Below are positions 51,240 to 64,000 of a DNA stretch of 64,000 nt, piece by piece (positions within the stretch are counted from its first letter, which is position 1; every line of letters starts with the position of its first letter). The notes beneath the pieces are model-generated. The model was not told the DNA's origin, ran no database searches, and worked only from the letters and a program-made list of their open reading frames with translations. The stretch comes from Cycas panzhihuaensis (Eukaryota; Plantae; Cycadophyta): assembly GCA_023213395.1 (NCBI GenBank), contig CM041465.1, positions 222,959,741 to 223,023,740 on the forward strand, in the 5' to 3' direction. Both the position numbers and the translations under genes were made by a program.

Positions 51240-54200
51240 TGTTGAATTATTTAATAGAGATCATTCAATATCAAGAACATTGAAACAAGCATCATGAACA
51301 TAATGGAAATGGCATTAACTCACAATCAAAATGTCTACATCATAATGACTTCACAACAATGACTCCACAATAATCTCCATCTTGACTCTACCTTATTTAT
51401 ACACCACAAGCGAGAATATGTAGGATGAGGTGTGGGATATGTGGGATCTACCAACCTCTAACGTGACGAATGATATATCACCTATTAATTGACCAATAAA
51501 CTATAGACCACCTACTTGCACAAATGTGCATTACAATAATATTCTAATATTTGACTCTCTAAAGTCTAATACCTCTCCTTAATGCACATTTGGGGTTCTT
51601 TTGAATTTACAATGTCTTGTTTTTGGAATTGTCTTCAAGATAATGTCTTCAGTTTGATCTTCGACCTCACTCTTGCAATGATGTTCTTGTAGTAGTTCTT
51701 GAGAGTAACGGTCCTTGAACTCGACATTCTTCATTCTAGTGTGCAACTTTGAATCCTTCATCATACAAAAGGTATAGTAAATCATAGTTGGTCCAACTTG
51801 AGTTTGATGTAGAGCTTGTAAGCAATCCTGTAGGTAACCATTAAAAACATCTTGAAATTTGAAGTTTATATCAAACATGTTTTCAATCACAATCTATTTG
51901 TCTTCACTTTTCTTAACATATGAATATTTAACATAAATTGAGTTAACATCAAGATTTGAAGATAAAACATCAAAAGAAGAAACATTTGAGAAATGAGCAT
52001 CAACATCCTATATGAATTCTTCTTTTTGACTAACATATCCAACAACGAGTTCTTCAACTTTTGGAGTAGAGTTTTCGTCAATTTGCAAACAATTTGAATT
52101 TGAACCAATACTCAAACTAGGAACATAAGCTTGAATCAACAGATAGAAATGAATCACCAGACTTATCTTCAACAAGACAGTTAGATTCGAATTCATTCTC
52201 CCTTAAAATAACGGGAACATCTAGAGAAGCTTTGATTGCTTAATTTCAATCATCAGTACTAAGTTCATCAATCTCAACATGCTCAATAATCTTATCAGAT
52301 TCACGAATACATTCAATTGCAGTCTCTTTACATTTATCATTTGTTTTATCATTACTCATAATTTCTTTATCAATATCTTGTCATACCTTTTCACTAGCAT
52401 TAGCAGTATTTTCTTCATCCTTTTTACTTGTATCACAATCATCAATAATTTTGTTTGTTTTTTCAACAACCTCTTGTACCTCTTTAGGAGTCTTTTCATA
52501 CACATCCTTCAAAAGGTTCCATGCGTCTTTAGCAGTGCTGACATGACAAATTGCAAGGATGAGAAAATGGTAGGCAGAAGGAAGTTTATCTTCATCTAAT
52601 GCGGCAAGAATAACGTCAATTGTTGTTCTATTCTTCTTCATAAAATTTTCTTCCCCTTCTGCATCAGTTAAGGCATCATATCCATCAGTGTTAATTTTCC
52701 ATAACCTTTTGTACTTAAATACACTTTTCATTCTATCTGCCCATGAGCAATAGTTTGACCCTATGTACTTGGGTAAAGGGAAGGGAAAGCCTGTAAAGTA
52801 ATATTCATTTTTTTAGGTACAAAAATAATGATGTCACTCATCTCCATGACTATAAGAATGAATTGATCACGAATGTATCACACAAGTTTTATACATCCAC
52901 TTCATATTGAAATAACTTAATCAAATCAACAACAAAATACCTTAAATCACATTCCAGGCTATAATACTCTAAATGAGGATTTCAACAGTTTAAATGGTTT
53001 GGAAATTGAATACCTAGTTGAAGAGATATTGAAAACACTGTAAAGAGACCTCCTTAAACACCAAAAATGAAGAAGGGTGGCCTTAAGCCCCTAGGCTGGT
53101 TAGCCCCTGGTCACTGAAGCTTACCACGTGATCACTCGCTAAACTAAAGTGGGGCTAATGGATCTCAAATAAGATTTCAATCTTGTTAAATCCACTTTTG
53201 AACTTTAAAAAATAATCAACTTCGCTCTATCATCCTTGACATTCGTGGATTCCAAAAAAGGTTGGAATTTAATTTAATTTCATTGATAACCTTAGAAAAA
53301 TATAAACCCTAGCACAAAAATACTTGTGCGTTTGCCTGTAAATCCAAATTCGCAGTGATGGCGAGCACAATCTCCACGACTTGACAAGCTGTATCTTTGA
53401 TGTGAACGTCTTGAGGTACGATCCGACGGCTTCTACTTCTAGAAATCCTGCAATTCGTGAAGTCTCATGTCTTCTCGGTTAGGCGTTCGACTTCTTTCGA
53501 TCATCTTTCTTCATCTAGGTGGCGTCTCCATCTTCAACAGTTAAGCATATCAGACGGATGTTCATGTGGCTATACAGACAAGAAATTTAGGAATATACAG
53601 ACATAGGTAGATGATGGTAATGAACTTTCCATGGCTATGACACACTAGTTGCAAGCAGTATCCACCACGAAGTAGGCGCACGATCAAACTACAGACAGGG
53701 CTCACTTGAGTAGAGGCACAAAGCCTAGGGTTGCCAACACGAAGGCAACACTGAAGACCAAACTACACACGGATCTTTGCATAGATATTTACACCATGGA
53801 GCAAGAGCATTGATGGACTATAGCAGCGGGGTATAGGAGCACAGAGATCACACTGCTGGTTCGTTGATGTTGAAGAAGATCATCGATGCAAATGAAGGTA
53901 GTCATAGATGTTATACTTGTCGGAATAGAGGTTTCTTATTGTGAACAATAGCTCAAAAGTAGGACTTAGCATACACAGGCGGATGTGAGACAATTTCAGA
54001 GGACCATTTGGTAGATTTCCCAGGAGCTGAGGTCACAAATGTAGGGAATGGAGGACCGCGCAAACAAGAGTTGGCTCATGGTAGCAAAAAATTGTCACAA
54101 GGGATAGCCATGCAATTACCGACTCACACACGAAGATGCATAGAGAGAGCTTACGGTCTTACATAGAATAATGTTGGAAAGGCCTCCCATGGAGGTAGAC

Positions 54201-54607
54201 GAGGATGTAGGGGTAAATCTTCACTGATCGACAAGATGCATGGACATAATAATCAAATGGACTGGTTAAGCAGAGAGAACGAATATGATAGAATGAAATG
54301 ACCTTCAACAATTTCAACCTTCTCCTCTCACCACAAGCATAATGAATCAGCAAGGTTTAGGGTTTCTACTTTTTTGGCTATTGGCCAACACCTTCATAAA
54401 CTAGCAATCTTCAAATCTTTAATTTTTACTGGCAAATAGATTTCTATAGACATGCCATGCTCCACACATAATAGGCACAACACGGGCCCAACGAGCAGCC
54501 TCCGAACATCAAACCCTCAGACAACTTCATATGTCATTGTTTCTCAATACATGCTAGCCTCAACTTTACATCAATTTTCTTTATAGGCTAAACCCTAGCA
54601 CATAGCT
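51240..54607 (-). mobile_element. Non-autonomous Copia-derived cargo element K; 5' part displaced by nested insertions
   Basis: 3' LTR 51240-51571 resembles the LTR of L; PPT 51572-51583; mini gag/RH ORF and pre-gag leader (52850-53040) homologous to L 60440-62325. Confidence 0.85.
51579..52847 (-). pseudogene. Element K mini-ORF: Copia Gag N-terminus fused to a diverged RNase H C-terminus
   Basis: MEMSDIIIFV..LPKYIGSNYCSWADRMKSVFKYKRLWK..TAKDAWNLLKDVYEK; ends KLHTRMKNVE..EDQTEDIILKTIPKTRHCKFK. Confidence 0.8.
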
Positions 54608-57600
54608 TGTTAAGGAATATGAATTTATACACATATGTTCCTATCTATAGAATCTTTAACCATACACAGCAAGCAAATAAATATAAACATAGAATATAGA
54701 TGCACAATACACAGGATTTACGTGGAAAACCCTTTCGGGAGAAAACCCACCACAAAAGATCCTTAGGATCACATTGATTACACTCCAATTGATACATCAA
54801 AACACAAGGGCTCTAGGATTTTATATCCTTCCAAGAGGTGTCACTCGACAAGGGTTGTGACCCTTCGAATATCTCACACCTTTCTTTAATCACCATTAGT
54901 TAAACCACATGAACATTAATTGGTGGCTTAACATACAACTACCACGTTAACATCCCCCCTTAATGTGAATGCAGGGACTTTGTAATCTGCAATAGTTGTG
55001 TTATCACAAAGGCTGGGACTATGCTGCAACTTCTTTATCCTTGTCGATACATCCCCCCCCCCCCCAAGGATAACATTGGTGAGTCCTAATCCGGTATGCA
55101 TCTTTGTGAATTGATCTTTAGTAAGTGGCTTGTTGAAGATGTCTGCAAGATGAAATTCACTTGGATAGTAGTCGACTTGCAGCTTCCTTGATTTGATCTG
55201 TTCACAGATGTAGTGGTGCTGAATCTCAATATGCTTTGTATGCATATGAAACTCTGAATTCTTCGATAGACGAATGGTACTTTGATTATAGACGAAGATA
55301 ATCAGATGTCTATTTGAAACTCCAAGAAATTCCAAGAGACCTTGCAACCATATAGCTTCCTTCGCACCAGCACTGAGTCCTTGATATTTAGCCTCTATAG
55401 AAGATAGCGCCACTATTTGTTGCTTCTTCCACTATCATGAAATAAATCCATTATCGACACTAAATATGTATCTAGTAGTGGACTTTCGATCGTCAGAGTC
55501 TCCTCCTCAATCAGCATCAGCGTAACCATACAACTTTATCTCCTCACCTTGATGGTATTCGAGACCAAGATTGATTGTCCCCTTCAGGTACTTCAAAATC
55601 TGCTTCGTGACAACTCAATGTGGTTCCTGAGGATTCTACATATAGCGGGAAACCAATCCAACAACGTAGGTGATATTTGGTCTGGTATGAGTCAAGTAAA
55701 TCAGACTCCCTACTAACTGGTGATATTTCGTTCCATCTATAGAGGGTTTGGCCATATCCTCCTGCAATCTTGCACTCTTAACACATGGTTTTGCAATAGG
55801 TTTACAATTCTGCATCCCAAACTTCTCCAGTAGGTTCTTCATATACTGTGACTGCAACAACATGATTCGATTGTCCATCTGCCTGATCTGAATGCCCAAG
55901 GAGTAGTGAAGTCTCCCAAGGTTTGCCATGTCAAAGGAGTTCCCAAATTAGACTCGACTTCTGCAATAGTCTTGTTACAGTTTCCTCTAACGATTAAATC
56001 ATCCACATACACCACACAAGCAACTATTGAAGTCCCTCTCATTTTCACATACAAATTCGGGTCAAGTTCAGAAATTTTGAAACCTTCAGCTTTTAACTTG
56101 GCATCCATCTTCTCACACCAAGCATGTGGTGCTTGTTTCAGGCCATAGATTGATTTCTTTAACCGGCATACAAGATACTCCTAGCCTTCCTTAATGAATC
56201 CCAGAGGTTGTGACATGTATATCTCCTCCTTTAAATCTCCATTAAGAAACATGGACTTGATGTCCATTTGGTGAAACTCTCAACTATAGGCAACTGCTAA
56301 GGAAATGATCAATCGAACCGTTGTTATCTTGGAGACTGGTGCAAATGTCTCCTTATAGTCAATTCCTTTTTTCTGTTTGAATCCTTGAGCGATAAGCCTG
56401 GCCTTGTACTTGTCCACCTCTCCATCAAAGTAGAACTTCGTCTTATAGACCCACTTGCATCCCACAAGGTTCTTCGTCGGAGGTAGTGGAACCAAATCCC
56501 ATGTATCGTTTTTCATGAGTGAACCATACTCTTCCTCCATTGCAACTCTCCATCATAGATCTCATTTTGCCTCATTAAATGAATCTGGATCACTGGAGTT
56601 GTTGGTGTCTACCAACGGAGTTCGATTGGCATGTTGTCTTCTTGTTCGTCTTTCATTAGCAAGGGTATGCATTGCCACTCTGGAATCTTCAATAGTCTTC
56701 CTTGCCCATAATGGTATAGAAGGACCTGTTGCTGGAGGTGTTTCCTTTCGTAGCAACTCCTCACTATTACTTGAGCCACTTAGTCCTACTTCCTCATGTA
56801 TTCTAGTGACTCGCTCATCGTCCTCTTCACCAGATGAATCTGGGAATGGAAGTAGCCGGGGGTAAAAAGACTCTTTTGATGATTTATCAACATGATACAT
56901 GGATGACTCGTCGAATTTTACATCCCGATTAATCACAATCTTTCTCCCTTGTGGATCCCATAGTCTGTAAGCTTTGTTCTGCTCAGAATACCCCATAAAT
57001 ATACACTTCAAACTTTTTCGATCCAACTTCTTGTGAGTGTCATCTGGGATGTGGGCATATCCAATACACCCAAAGGTTTTCAAATGGCTAATGATAGGCT
57101 TTCGATCGGTCCATTTTTCTTCGTGGCTTATGCTACGAATTGCCTGAGTAAGTATTCGGTTCAAAATATAAACAACAGTCACCACAACCTCTGCCCAAAA
57201 CATTGGTGGCAGGTTTTTAGCGTGCACCATAAATCTCGCCACCTCCATCATGGTATGGTTATTTCTTTCAGCAACTCAATTCTGTTGTGGGGTGTGCGGG
57301 ACCGTAAATTCCCGCTTTATACCATGATTGTGGTAGAACTGATTAAATGCATGATTGTCATATTCCTTGCCATTATCACTTCTTAATGACTAAATTTTCT
57401 TATCAGTTTCATTTTCCACCATCGCTTTCTAGTGACGGAAGTGATCAAACACCTCTGACTTTTTCTTCAGAAAGTATACCCAAGCTTTCTTGGTGTAATC
57501 ATCCATAAACACTTTGGTGTAACGAGCTTCTTAGATCGAAGGGTTTGGGAGTGGTCCTATTATATCCAAACGTACAAGCTTCAACTGTTCCTTAGCTCTC

Positions 57601-57921
57601 TAGGCATTATCCCAAGCAAAAGGATAGCGATGATGCTTGTCGTACATGCACTCTTCACAAACACCATCTGAGCAAGAAACTAATGGTAATCCTTCTACCA
57701 ACTTCAATCTCTTCATCAGTGTGATGCTTCTATAGTTAAGATGATCTAGGCGATTATGCCAAAGTTTACTCACATCATCAGCACTGGCAACAAAGGTGTA
57801 AGACTTCTGTTGAGATTGAAACTTCTCAAAGACCCAAAAGTTGTCTCTGACCTTTTGAGTAGTAATGACAGGGAAATTCTGCTTCGGATCCTTAATTAGG
57901 CATCTATTATGGTCTAGCTTT
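54608..57921 (-). mobile_element. Ty1/copia element B (same family as A): 3' LTR 54608-54952, RH, RT, INT
   Basis: ORFs 54928-55413, 55636-56540 and 56562-57251; PPT 54953-54964; continues at 62738. Confidence 0.96.
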
Positions 57922-58318
57922 TGTTAGAATATAATGTTTAATGTGTAAATGTTTAGGGTCAATAAAGTTATAGTCCTAAGTATTATGTTAGAATCTAAGG
58001 GTCTTACTTTATAATAACGTTATGTAAGTCGTTGAAAGGTCATAGGTCAATTAGTAGGTGGAAAGTCATTGGGTATGTCAAAGATCATTTGTCCCACATG
58101 TATCCCACCTCACTTATGTACTCCCACCTCTGATGTATAAATAGGCGGGTGAGGTAGAGTAGGATCATCAAGTCATTATGGAGACTCATGTTGAGTCTGT
58201 GGTGCAATTATATTATGATGTAATCATCAATGTGTTGAGTTAATATAGTTTATGCTTTGTTCATTGATCTTGTTGCATTGTGTTGATGTTGAATGCTCTC
58301 CACGTTAAAAATTTAACA
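57922..58318 (+). repeat. 5' LTR of element L
   Basis: tgttag...ttaaca; direct repeat of 62338-62732. Confidence 0.97.
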
Positions 58319-58629
58319 TGGTATCAGAGCAGGTTAGAGAGAAAGTTTGTCTACCAGTTGAAGAGCTATCTGTGGGATCGTAACTATTTGGAGAAGTCCA
58401 ATTGAGGTTGTCTCAAGCCATTTCCAACATTGTGGTTTAGCTGTGTGGAAGAGTTAGCATCCATCCAAGGTAATGTGTGAAGAGCTTGATGGCCGCTGCC
58501 AACCATTGATGAAAAAAGGTCTTGCTCGTCAAATCCAACCTTGTTAATCTTTGCGTAAAGGAGAAAAGATCGACTATAGGGTTTATGACTGTGAAGAGAG
58601 GCATATGGCCATAGATGAGATAGTCATTT

Positions 58630-58876
58630 GAGCCATCTCTAACAGAAGATTATGATACTTGCACCCAAGGAAGGACTGAGAATAGTTACAAGATATGTGG
58701 AGAGGTTGTAAGAATGATGGATTCATGTTTGTCCTACATGTTCATCGCGGCTCTCGATTGTCCATGTGATCTGCCCCACATGTGGAGAGGTTGCAAGAAT
58801 GATGGATTCATGTTTGTCCCACATGTTCACCACGGCTCTCGACCATCCATGTGATCTGTCCCACTGTTATTGGAAT
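58630..58876 (+). pseudogene. Probable captured receptor-like kinase relic, including an 85-bp tandem duplication
   Basis: AISNRRL*YLH..(frameshift)RIV resembles subdomain VIa; EVARMM..SRPSM*SVPLLLE resembles subdomain XI (RPSMSxVVxMLE). Duplication 58695-58779 / 58780-58864. Confidence 0.45.
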
Positions 58877-59389
58877 ATGTAGTGGCCTACGTTGGCAAAC
58901 ATTCTAATGATTAGAGAAAACTTCGCTCCATTGCTGACCCACTGGTCCTCTTTCCATGGCTACAGGTTCAGATTCTCATTGCCCTACCTGTGTACCTTCC
59001 ATTTGTGTCTAAATTCTATCCTTCTCCTCACGTTTGGCATGTGGTGGTCCTTAAATTAGGGGCTTGCCTAATTCTGTTTAGTGGTTTTTGAGCTTGTGCT
59101 ACCTTGGGACACGTGTTACTGCTTAGGGACCTTCCCTACTTCTGTGCAGAATGCAACTTTGGTGAGTGAAATCTGATATGATATGTCACTCTGATGTGTC
59201 CTTCTAAGACAAGTTGGGTTTGTCCCTATTGCTTTGGGTATTCCTCTCTAGTGTTGGTTATATTATCCATATGTGCATGGGCCTCTGTATCGGGGAACAA
59301 TCACAAGTGAATTGAACACCTGAGGTTCTGGTAATGAAGTCCTGATGTGACAGATAAGTTTGTGCATGGGAACAAAATTTTTGGGGTAA

Positions 59390-59630
<241 letters not shown>

Positions 59631-59660
59631 GGTACATTTGAAGGACAACAAGAGTTAATT

Positions 59661-60080
59661 TTACCTACTTCTAGCTCTGATTCCAGCAATGCTAGCAACC
59701 GTACCCAATTGTGTCTGAATGTCTATGATCTGGTGCCTCTAAATAACTATTTGTACTAGTTTGGACTGGGCATCTTTCACTCAGGAATTGAAGGTTTCAT
59801 GAACAACTTGCAAAAGTAGAGAGCCGTATAGATTTGCATAGCTCATGGAGTGGAATATGCCTTTGGAACACATGATCACCCTACCAGCAAAGTATTTGAG
59901 TTGACAGGAAAGCCAATATCTCGTTGGGTAAATCTACTTGCAAGAATAGGTTCCTTCTACAACTGTTTGCTCCCAGAAAATATTTAAGTCACAATTGTTA
60001 GCTATGCACTAGAGTATCAAGGGTATTCAGAAGATGGCTTAGTGTCACGGTCTATACAAGAGCAAGTGGAAGAGGACTAG
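59661..60080 (+). pseudogene. Captured fragment of a DeSI-like (PPPDE / peptidase C97) gene
   Basis: QLCLNVYDLVPLNNYLY*FGLGIFHSGIE, a 48-nt GT..AG segment (59794-59841), AHGVEYAFGTHDHPTSKVFE, then a deletion, then LTGKPISRWVNLLARIGSFYNCLLPENI*VTIV..YSEDG. Confidence 0.9.
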
Positions 60081-60611
60081 TGAATGAGTAGGTTGTTGCT
60101 AATTGGTGGAGTATCTTGGGATTAGAACTTAATCAACTCTGATCAAGTGTTGGAAGAAGGCTTTTTATCTAAGATTTGGGAATACAAATTAGTATGTAAA
60201 TGGAATGCTCATCATCATGCATGTTTATAGCTAGATCAAGCCATTTAGAGGAATCTAAGGAGGATTAGATCAAATCTAGACAACCTAGCTATCATTGTGG
60301 CTATCACAGACAATTTTTGGTAGAAGGAATTGAATTTAGGAACAATAATACCATTGCTTGCCCTTGGTACTACATCCAATTCTTAGAAGGTCAAAGAGAT
60401 TAAGGCAATTGTTGCTACAACTCTGGAGGGGTTCCAGCACATTTTGCTTCATATCTCTCCATCCAGGCATCCATTTTCCAAACAGTCAGAGGTGTTGGAA
60501 TTCTATCATAGAGGAAGATACTTTGGTATGTGATTTAGAAATTTTTTCCTGCTGTTTTGACAGATTTATTTCAAATTAAAATGGCTACGTGAATCAACTC
60601 ATTTATGTATC

Positions 60612-62325
60612 ATGGAGTTAAGTGATATCATTACTTTTGTATCAGAGAAAAATGAGTTTTGGATAATAGATGTAACATAGTTTTGCTTAAATATGTTGGA
60701 ACTAATTTCCAAATTTAGAAAATTAAAATAGAGTGCATATTTATGGCTAAAGGACTATGGAAATTTGTTCTTGGTACTACTTTAATTAATGAAGGGGAGG
60801 AAATTTTCAAGAAGAAAAATAGAGTAGCTAGTGATGTAATGCTTACAGCCTTTGACAAGGAAAATCTTCCTTCTTCTTACCGGTTCCTCTTTCAGACACT
60901 TCAAATTATTGATTTTGCTAAAGAAGCATGGTGTCTGCTAAAAGATACATATGAAAAGAGCCCCTAGAAAGTGCAAGAGGCTCTTGAAATGAAAAATAAA
61001 TTTCGTCATTTAAGTAACAACAACGATGCAGGAGAAGAGATCACTATTGGAAGACAGGCCGTGTGCAATAACCATACAAAGAACCAGAAAAAGAAGAAGA
61101 AACGAAAAGCAAAAAGGAGAATCAGATTGACTCCGGTAAGAATAATTTTCACATAAATAGTCTTAAAGGAGATGAAAAAGTTTGTGAATCTATCTCTGAA
61201 AATCAATCTGATAAATGTCACTCAGAATCTGTAAAGGAAGAAAATGAAGATCTAAAGACTGTTCTCTCACCAATATTTTCCTCTAACATCTTAAGTTACA
61301 ACAATTGGTTAAAAAACAATGTATTGCAAGTTATTAAGAGGACAAAATCTAAAAGAACATGTGAGAATGGAAAACTTGAAGTAGATTTCAAACATTCATC
61401 ATAGGTGATAAATCATGGAGATATAACTACCTTGATAGAAAGGTTGGATAATATTACCTTAATTCGTGTTGATAAATGTGTTGACAGGGTCCAAATAATG
61501 TCAATTCACATGGTTGTATGCACATGTACAAACCTTTGTATGGTCACATTCAACATGACAGCATTTTCTGTCCTAGTCTCTGAAAGAATTCAGGTTGTAT
61601 TGTCATATGTAGCAAAGGCTCTGGAAGACTTATTCAAAGAAAGGAAGAATACCTTGACTGAAATTGGATTTCGTCAGATTCTTATCTATTAAAACTATTG
61701 TGTATTTCTGGCAAGATACCTAATAATGAAATGCAATCATGTTGTGATAATATACCATCTTTATGTACTCATAATTGGGAAACGTATAGATGTGATCTCA
61801 ACAAAAGTCTTCATCATATTTGACTCATCAATAGATTTCGTGGATAATGAGGAGAAAATAGAGCATTTTGTTGGTCCAATACAAGTTCCTGCACTTGTTG
61901 AGTTAGGGAAGAAATCATTGTCCTTCTTTCCCTTTCATGAGAGTGTTTGTTGTTTTCAACAGTTGATCATACTCGCTGTCTTGGAAACAATTAAGGAGAA
62001 TCTCTTTCCTCTCATGGAAATCTTAAAGTTCAAATCATATGTTGACACTTTGGATCTTGGAAAGGAATCACACATGCAGTCAAGACATATAGACACAGGA
62101 GGAGTCACCGAGCAAGAAGTAGGAGATGACAGAACAGGTATGACATATATTTCAATCCAAGATCAAGCTCTTAACATCATCTTCAGAGAGATTCCCAGAC
62201 TGAGGCACTGCAAATTCAAAACAAACATCTCATATCTCGTCTTGAGTCAATTTTGTTGTCAATCCTTACAACTAGGTGTCATGATGTATTTGGTAGTCAG
62301 TGTTCTTATGGTCTTGACATTAAAC
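60612..62325 (+). pseudogene. Element L mini-ORF: Copia Gag N-terminus, diverged middle, RNase H C-terminal relic
   Basis: MELSDIITFV..MAKGLWKFV..FAKEAWCLLKDTYEKSP; HMQSRHID..YISIQDQALNIIFREIPRLRHCKFK; homologous to K. Confidence 0.8.
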
Positions 62326-62337
62326 ATTAAGGGGAGG

Positions 62338-62732
62338 TATTAGAATATAATGTTTAATGTGTAAATGTTTAGGGTCAATAAAGTTATAGTCCTAAGTATT
62401 ATGTTAGAATCCAAGGGTCTCACTTTATAATAATGTTATGTAAGTAGTTGAAAGGTCATAGGTCATTTAGTAGGTGGAAAGTCATTGGGTATGTCAAAGG
62501 TCATTTGTCCTACATGTATCCCATGTCACTTATGTACTCCCACCTATGATGTATAAATAGGTGGGTGAGGTAGAGTAGGATCATCAAGTCATCATGGAGA
62601 CTCATGTTGAGTCTGTGGTGCAATTGTATTCTGATGTAATCATCCATGTGTTGAGTTAATACAATTTATGCTTGTTCATTGATCTTGTTGCATTTTGTTG
62701 ATGTTGAATGCTCTCCATGTTAAAGTTTAACA
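62338..62732 (+). repeat. 3' LTR of element L
   Basis: Follows the PPT; direct repeat of 57922-58318. Confidence 0.97.
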
Positions 62733-62737
62733 ACTCC

Positions 62738-63460
62738 ACCTTCATACCTTGTTTGCAGATCTCCCAGGCTGAAAGTAGATTCAATTGCATTTTGGGTACG
62801 TAATATACCCCTGTAAACTTACCACCTGCAATGGAAACTTCATCGATATCTTCCACTAGCAATACGCGAGCATCTCCTAGGATGATTTCGACACCCCTAT
62901 GATTTTTGTTCATTGTATCAAAGTTGCGCTTCTAGTCTGCACTCCAGAGTCAAGAATCCAATAATTTCTCCGATCTGACTCGGCTGATAAGGTTGTTGCC
63001 TTGACGCAATGTGCATCAATGCTCTTCCCTTTGTCATCCTAGCTTACTTTGCGCTTGGCATGTCTCTTGAACCAACAATTCTTCTCTTTGTGACCATCCT
63101 TTTTGCACTAGTTGCATTTTTCATTGAATTTCTTCTTTTCCCAAGAACTTTCTTCAGACCTCTGTGTGAACTTCTCCTCCTGAATGGCCTCTTTTGTCTA
63201 AGTCTTCATGGCTAAGGCCTGACTTAATTCAGAACCTTGAAGCGTTCTATGATGTTTCAACTTGCCATTCTCTGCTAGAATAAGGTTCTTAAGGCCATCA
63301 AAGGTCTCTACATCCATCACCTCATCTCTACCGTATATGGCCTGAAAAGTGGCAAAGGCAACTAGTAGCTTTGACATGATTATCGCGAACAACAACGCAT
63401 CATCAATCGAATTTTGCTTTAATACTTCTAGCTTATTCTTCAAGTCATTAATCTTGTTCT
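62738..63460 (-). pseudogene. Copia B protease and gag C-part
   Basis: WILDSGV ~62940-62960, VYYVPKMQLNLLS, KINDLKNKL..IMSKL. Confidence 0.9.
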
Positions 63461-64000
63461 TGTTGAAAAAACTAGGTCCTAATACCCAAAAACTGCCACC
63501 AAGATCTAAACTATTTTGCAATTAGTTATAGGAATCAAAACTGAAATTTAACATGCAAGTTCTTAAACCAGAGATAATATAATAAATGAATTAGAAAGCT
63601 AAAGTATCACATATACACCCGATATACGTGGTAAAACCTTAACAGTGTGCTAGGGAAACATCCACACAGGAAAGGTATCGATCTTTATTATCCAAGAATG
63701 GAGAAATGTACATAATCTGCAGCAGAATGCTCACAACAACAACAACCAACCGTCTCTATTCAATACAGTACATCGAATACATCGAACACCATCAACATAA
63801 TGAAAAAGCACCCTAAATCGGGCTATATGAGAGAGTCATACAAGGCACAAATCTCAACCATCAAATCTGGGGTATTTTGAACGAACGATCCCGATTCTCT
63901 TTACAATTTAGTATGCTTTTTAGTGTTAGCTTTTTGGGTCGCCCCGAACCCCCTCTTTGCGAGGGGGGGTTCCGACACCCCTCGCACCCCTTGGCCAAGG
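63461..64000 (-). repeat. End of another LTR inserted in the gag of B; runs out of the window
   Basis: Abrupt tgttg start interrupting gag; tacgtggtaaaacc..gggaaacatccac motif like that in the A/B LTR; GC hairpin ~63945-63971. Confidence 0.65.

Overview
Eukaryotic plant nuclear DNA. It is AT-rich and shows heavy CG/CHG-type C>T decay, as expected for a large-genome land plant; a gymnosperm is possible but the taxon cannot be proven here. Almost the whole window is nested LTR retrotransposons: about nine Ty1/copia copies or fragments, one chromovirus Ty3/gypsy, one non-autonomous Athila-like element, other gypsy-like relics and an L1-type LINE fragment. One possible host first exon lies at 20893-21041. 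I found no intact gene, RNA gene or CRISPR array. Three observations stand out. (1) Two members of a non-autonomous Copia-derived family are present (57922-62732 complete; 51240-54607 partial). Each has a short Gag-N-terminus/RNase-H-tail ORF at the 3' end and a variable cargo region upstream. In the complete copy the cargo is a sense-strand mosaic of internally deleted host coding fragments: a TDY-type MAP kinase, a DeSI/PPPDE peptidase and probably a receptor-like kinase. (2) A colinear ~390-nt non-coding leader is shared by the Gypsy element (1053-1434) and a Copia element (32027-32417), in both cases just before an ATG. (3) An Athila-like element has a tandem array of LTR-end + tRNA-Asp PBS units, and only one of its two LTRs carries an ORF in U3. 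All identifications were made by eye from motifs; no database searches were run.
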